A program made the position numbers and the translations under genes. The notes beneath the pieces were generated by a model that was not told the origin of the DNA, did not search any database, and saw only the letters and a program-made list of their open reading frames with translations. From the human T2T-CHM13v2.0 reference genome, Homo sapiens, in the NCBI RefSeq assembly GCF_009914755.1, contig NC_060930.1: a stretch of 64,000 nt of DNA; one strand, given 5' to 3'. Positions 59,538 through 64,000 of this stretch are shown here, piece by piece (positions within the stretch are counted from its first letter, which is position 1; every line of letters begins with the position of its first letter).

Positions 59538-61069
59538 ACTTATTTTTCTTTAAGTCAGTTAACCAGAGCTCTTTCATATGTAAACATCACACACACAACA
59601 CATATAAATACACGGAGAGATGGAAGAAGATCTAATAGTTATAATATTTTTTATTTGCCAGTTTTAAGTTTCTTAACTGGATTACTGGCTTCAGGCAGAA
59701 GACCTTCAAGGAACAGGGTTAGGAAAGCATGCAGTTTCTAGGGCCTAATAAGCAGGCATGGTTGGAAGGCAAAACAGATCCTCCAAAATTAAGAGCCCCA
59801 TTTTTATACTGGATCCTTGATCCCCAAAAAGAGAGAATTAGCCCATCCCCTATGGGAGTCTTATCTCTCAGTTGGGGTGGGGACATTTCCGTACCTTCCA
59901 GGTGGTCAAGAACATGCTTCTCTGATCCCAGTGTGCCAAGAGCAGAGTATTCCTCCCTCATAGCTGCCATTAGCTGTCCCTAAAAGTATATGTCCTACCT
60001 AGTTATTACACACCAAGGCTAAAAGCTCTCATAATGCAAGTGATTTTGACCATTCATTTAACCAGTTTTCACAGACAGGCCAGAAGCCTGACTGGTAGGA
60101 AATTCCTACCTTTTTGCCAGCATGCCAGGTTTCTGGGTTACCTTTCTCTGAGTGGCTCTGATAGTCTTGCTTGTTGCCCCATAGCTGTGGGGTCCAAGCC
60201 ACATTATAAAAGAAAATCATCTTTTTCCATTTCGTGGACCCATAGGCAAAGACTCTCAGTTTTGCAAGATGCCACCCAACAGGCTATGTGGGGGAAACAA
60301 ATGAACATTTTCCATTTTGTCCAGAGCAAAATACACATGACAAACTTAGATACTAGTCACCCCACTCATCACCCAGCATCAACCTGGCAAGGCTCAAACT
60401 TGCCCCTTTTGGCCCCTGCCTGTCATCTTTGATCCACTTAAAGTGGGGTGGGATGACCTCTAACCAGGAGTTTCAACATGTGGTCTCTGGGCAAGATGGA
60501 AAAGCAGACAGTTGCCCTGCAAGACAGAAAAGATAGTAAAGAGACAGGAGAGAGAGAGAGGAAAGGGAAGGGCGAAAAGCATTGTCTGTTGTGGGGCTGG
60601 GAGGCGAGGAGCTCAGGGAGACCAGGGAAAGACCCACCCAGTGCAGCAACACTGAATCAAAAGTCTAGGCAGCTGCTTGTCAGTTGTGAAGAGATCTTCT
60701 CCAGCAGGCCGTCAGCTCTCACATTTCCCCCTTTGCGGGAGAGAAAGCTCCTCATTGTCCCACTATCCTGTACATGCCTAATCCTGTCACCCACAGCTGT
60801 CAGCAAAGAGTTCAAGGCAGATTAATCCACAGAGAAAAGCGGTCAACATCCCATAGTGTCAAATCCATTTTTGACCAAAAGAGGCCTTACTGAGAGGACC
60901 CTCTAACCCCTTACGTCTCGGGAGGGATGCTAACCCTTCTGAGTTGGGTCTTTAACCCAACTTTGTCCTTTACCTGGGATGAAATGTATCCTACGATTTA
61001 TGCAAAGTCGGCCAATTGGTGCTGTGCAGACGATTTTCCTTTGGTTAAGTGGGGGTCTCTCCGGTATCA

Positions 61070-61090
61070 TCCCTTCATGGCTCATCACAG
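61070..61090 (-). other. Degenerate retroviral primer binding site (tRNA-Arg-like)
   Basis: Minus strand TGATGAGCCATGAAGGGAT next to the 5' LTR resembles TGGCGACCACGAAGGGAC. Confidence 0.45.
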
Positions 61091-61094
61091 AATA

Positions 61095-61708
61095 TGTTAC
61101 TGGAAAGGGGTCCCAGTCCAGACCCCAAGAGAGGGTTCTCAGATATTGCACAGGAAACAATTTGAGGCAAGTCCACAGAATAAAGTGAAAGCAAGTTCAT
61201 GAAGAAAGTAAGGGAATAAAAAGGTGACTACTCCACAGAGAGACCAGGGCATTCCCAAAAGCGAGAGGAGGAACACATCTGTCTTAGTTAGGTACAATGC
61301 TTGTTTATATATAAGATAACAAAGCAAAAAGTCGTAGGGAGATGTGCTCTACTACAACGGCTTGTGACAAAGGACTGTTAATCTTTGTGTAACTACTTTC
61401 ACAGGAATATTATTTTTAAAGCAAAACTTATTCTTTCTTCCTTTTGAGATGGAATGTTACTGCAAAACTTAAACTAAGAATGCTTTTGTTCATAAGACAG
61501 GACATCAGGACATTTCCTGGGTCTGTTATTTACTGGGTTTGTTAAGTCCTGGGTCTGTTCAATAAACATTATTAACTTCTTCCCTTAACTGTTAATATCC
61601 TGTGACTAAGAAAGCCTAGCCTCCTAGGAATGCAGCCAGTAGGTCTCAGCCTCATTTTACTCAGCCCCTAGGCAAGAAGGAGTCACTCTAGTTTGAACAC
61701 TTCTGACA
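61095..61708 (-). mobile_element. 5' LTR of the MER41 provirus
   Basis: Colinear with 54239-55156 minus the Alu; roughly 85% identical by eye, with many differences at CpG sites. Confidence 0.85.
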
Positions 61709-62880
61709 GATTCCTTGGTGTGGAAACTGTGTGGCATTTCATTCCATTCAGTGACACAGTGGACAGGTGAGTTACTAGTGAAGATGTAGAACAAAGGGAT
61801 TAGTACTGCCCTGGGTGTGTGTGTATGGTGGGGGGCAGAGGGGTGGTGGCAGTTGTTACTGGCTATAGAGCAGGAGGTAAGTAGGAGAGACTGGGTGAGG
61901 ATGGGATTTTGGGGCTGTCAGGGTAGTTATCACAGAAGTCAAAGGCATGCAGGGAACAGAGTGGAGGAAGAGTCCAGTGTTTTATATTCACGAGTCATGG
62001 AATAGGCAGTGTGAAGCCTCTGGCTTATAAAGTGGCGTAAGTCAGGGCCACTTAGAGAAAGGAAATTTCTCCTTAGAAGAGCAAAGTAGACAATCAGGAG
62101 AGATTAGCCATGCTGTTAAAGAATATTAAGGAGTGGGAATGAGGAACATGGGAAGGCATAGATGCGCCTTCTCTGCATTCCTTAGCACTCTGTGGGTCCT
62201 GCTCATGCGACATTGACCATCAAGCGTGGTAATGGCTGAGTTCCTTACGGGCTCCCCCTCTAGACTGTATATTTCTTGAAGGTGAGGCCATCGCCAGCAC
62301 CTAGCCCAGGGCTTATGCTGTACTAAACATTCAGTAGGCATTTGGTTAATGAATGAATATACATGGTGGATGGGCAGGGGGAGAAACAAAGCATCCATGA
62401 GCACAGATGTTGGAAAGTAGAGAGAAAGCTTTGCTAATGATTTTATTTTTATCTTTTTATTATGGAAAAAGTTTAAACATATTCAAAAGTAGAGAAAATG
62501 ATATAATGAATCCCTTTTTACTTATCACTCAGCCTCAACAGTGATCAACATATGGCCAATCTTGCTTCATTTATCTGCCCCCCTCCCCATTGGATTATTT
62601 TGAAACAAAGCCCAGATGTCATATTATTTCATCTGTGAAACCTCAGTATGTATCTTCAAAACATTGAAGAGACTTGCCTTTAAATAATATAACTGCAATG
62701 TCATTATCACACCAGAAAACAATTGCAGAGTAATTCCTTACTGTCATGAAATATTGGTATTCAAATTTCCCTTATTGTCTTGTAAATTCTCCCCTTCCCC
62801 ATTGGTTGGTTAGAATTAGAATCCAAACAAGGACTACTCATATATTTAGCTAATAAATCTCTTAGGCTTTTAGTCTATAG

Positions 62881-63119
62881 CAAGCTTTTCTAACCTGTGG
62901 CCTGTGGGCCACATGCTGCCAGGACAGCTTTGAATGTGGTTCAACAAAAATTCATAAACTTTCTGAGAACATTATGGGATTTTTAAATTTAAATTTAAAT
63001 TAAATTAAATTTTTTTTTTAGCTCTTTGGGTATCATTAGTATTAGTGTATTTTATGTGTTGCTCAAGACAATTCTCCCTTACAGTGTGGCACAGGAAACT
63101 GAAAGATTGGGCATCCTTG
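62881..63119 (-). mobile_element. MER30 hAT MITE
   Basis: CAAGCTTTTCTAACCTGTGGCCTGTGGGCCACATG..CAGCTTTGAATG ... AAAGATTGGGCATCCTTG. Confidence 0.85.
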
Positions 63120-63517
63120 GTCTGTGGGTTCACCCTTCTTTTTTTCCTTGCAATTTATTTATTGAAGAAACTGGATCCTTTGTCCTGTAGAATTTCTCAC
63201 AGTCAGAATTTTAACTAACTACATCCCCATGTACTTTAATTCATTTTTCTGTCCCCTGTATTTCCTGTGAACAGGTAATGAGAACCTGAGGTTTGATCAT
63301 ATTTTCAGATTTTTGGCAAGAAGGCCTGTGAAGGTGGAGGGGCTCTACGCTTCCTGCTGCATGGCATCAGGAGGCAACTGCTGCCTTGTCCCTCCCTTTG
63401 TTGTGTGAAGCCCCATCAGTGAGCACAGGTGTTGTAAGCCTGACCTGTGTGTCATCCGCCTCCTTATCTGTTTTTTGCTTTGTGATTTTGGCAGCCATTG
63501 ATAATTATTGTGTAGGT

Positions 63518-63712
63518 TAGGGGTCAGTAAACTTTTTATGTAAAGAGCCAGATAGTAAATAGTTTTGGCTTTGAGGGCCAATATGGTCTCTGTCATTGTA
63601 GTAGGAATGCAGCGTTGGACGGGATGTGCATGAATGGGTACAACTACGTGCCCATAAAACTTCATTTACCAGATTAGATTTGGACCTACTGGGAGTTATC
63701 TGCCAACTCTTG
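63518..63712 (+). mobile_element. MER58A hAT MITE
   Basis: TAGGGGTCAGTAAACTTTTTATGTAAAGAGCCAGATAGTAAATAG. Confidence 0.85.
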
Positions 63713-64000
63713 ATCTAGATTGATTATTGTACTAAGGATTACACAGTAATACAATTCCATCATTGGTTGAAATGCTTCTATAAAAAGAATTTTACCTCAT
63801 CAATTATTTGGTTACTTTAAAGGCATAACAGAAAGGAAGCTGCATATAAAGAAAAGGCAGAATAAATTCTTGTGTCTTTCCCTTGGTTATTTGGTTTCAG
63901 AGTGGGTTATGTTCCTCACATCTTCCAAAGGAGTTCATTTTGTTTTTTAAGTATCACCATGAAATAATGGCTTTTTAACATACTTGGTGTTTCAGTCTTT

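Overview
Primate (almost certainly human) genomic DNA, repeat-rich, with no intact protein-coding exon I can support. About 1-32 kb is intergenic-looking sequence full of Alu, L1, L2, MIR, MaLR LTR and hAT/Tigger MITE fossils. At about 32.6-33.8 kb there is a strong CpG-island promoter with an RFX X-box/half-CRE, a + strand first exon ending at a CAG|GTAAGG donor (33257), a (TGGGG)n G4 tract and a GCC-rich tract. The rest is most likely the long first intron of that gene. It contains an old antisense L1, an 838-bp ERV1 solo LTR, and a two-LTR MER41-family provirus (54239-61708, - strand) into which an MRPL35 processed pseudogene and Alus later inserted. From memory, an MRPL35 retrocopy about 24 kb inside a non-coding-5'-exon intron fits RNF182/MRPL35P1 at 6p23. 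That identification is recall and was not verified. I found no evidence of a new multi-gene biological system. The most unusual signals are small: an Alu-like remnant at the same site in both proviral LTRs, template-switch scars, an AT-rich quasi-palindrome and a Kozak-perfect, phase-0 uORF candidate in the first exon. Repeat subfamily calls and most repeat boundaries are by-eye estimates.
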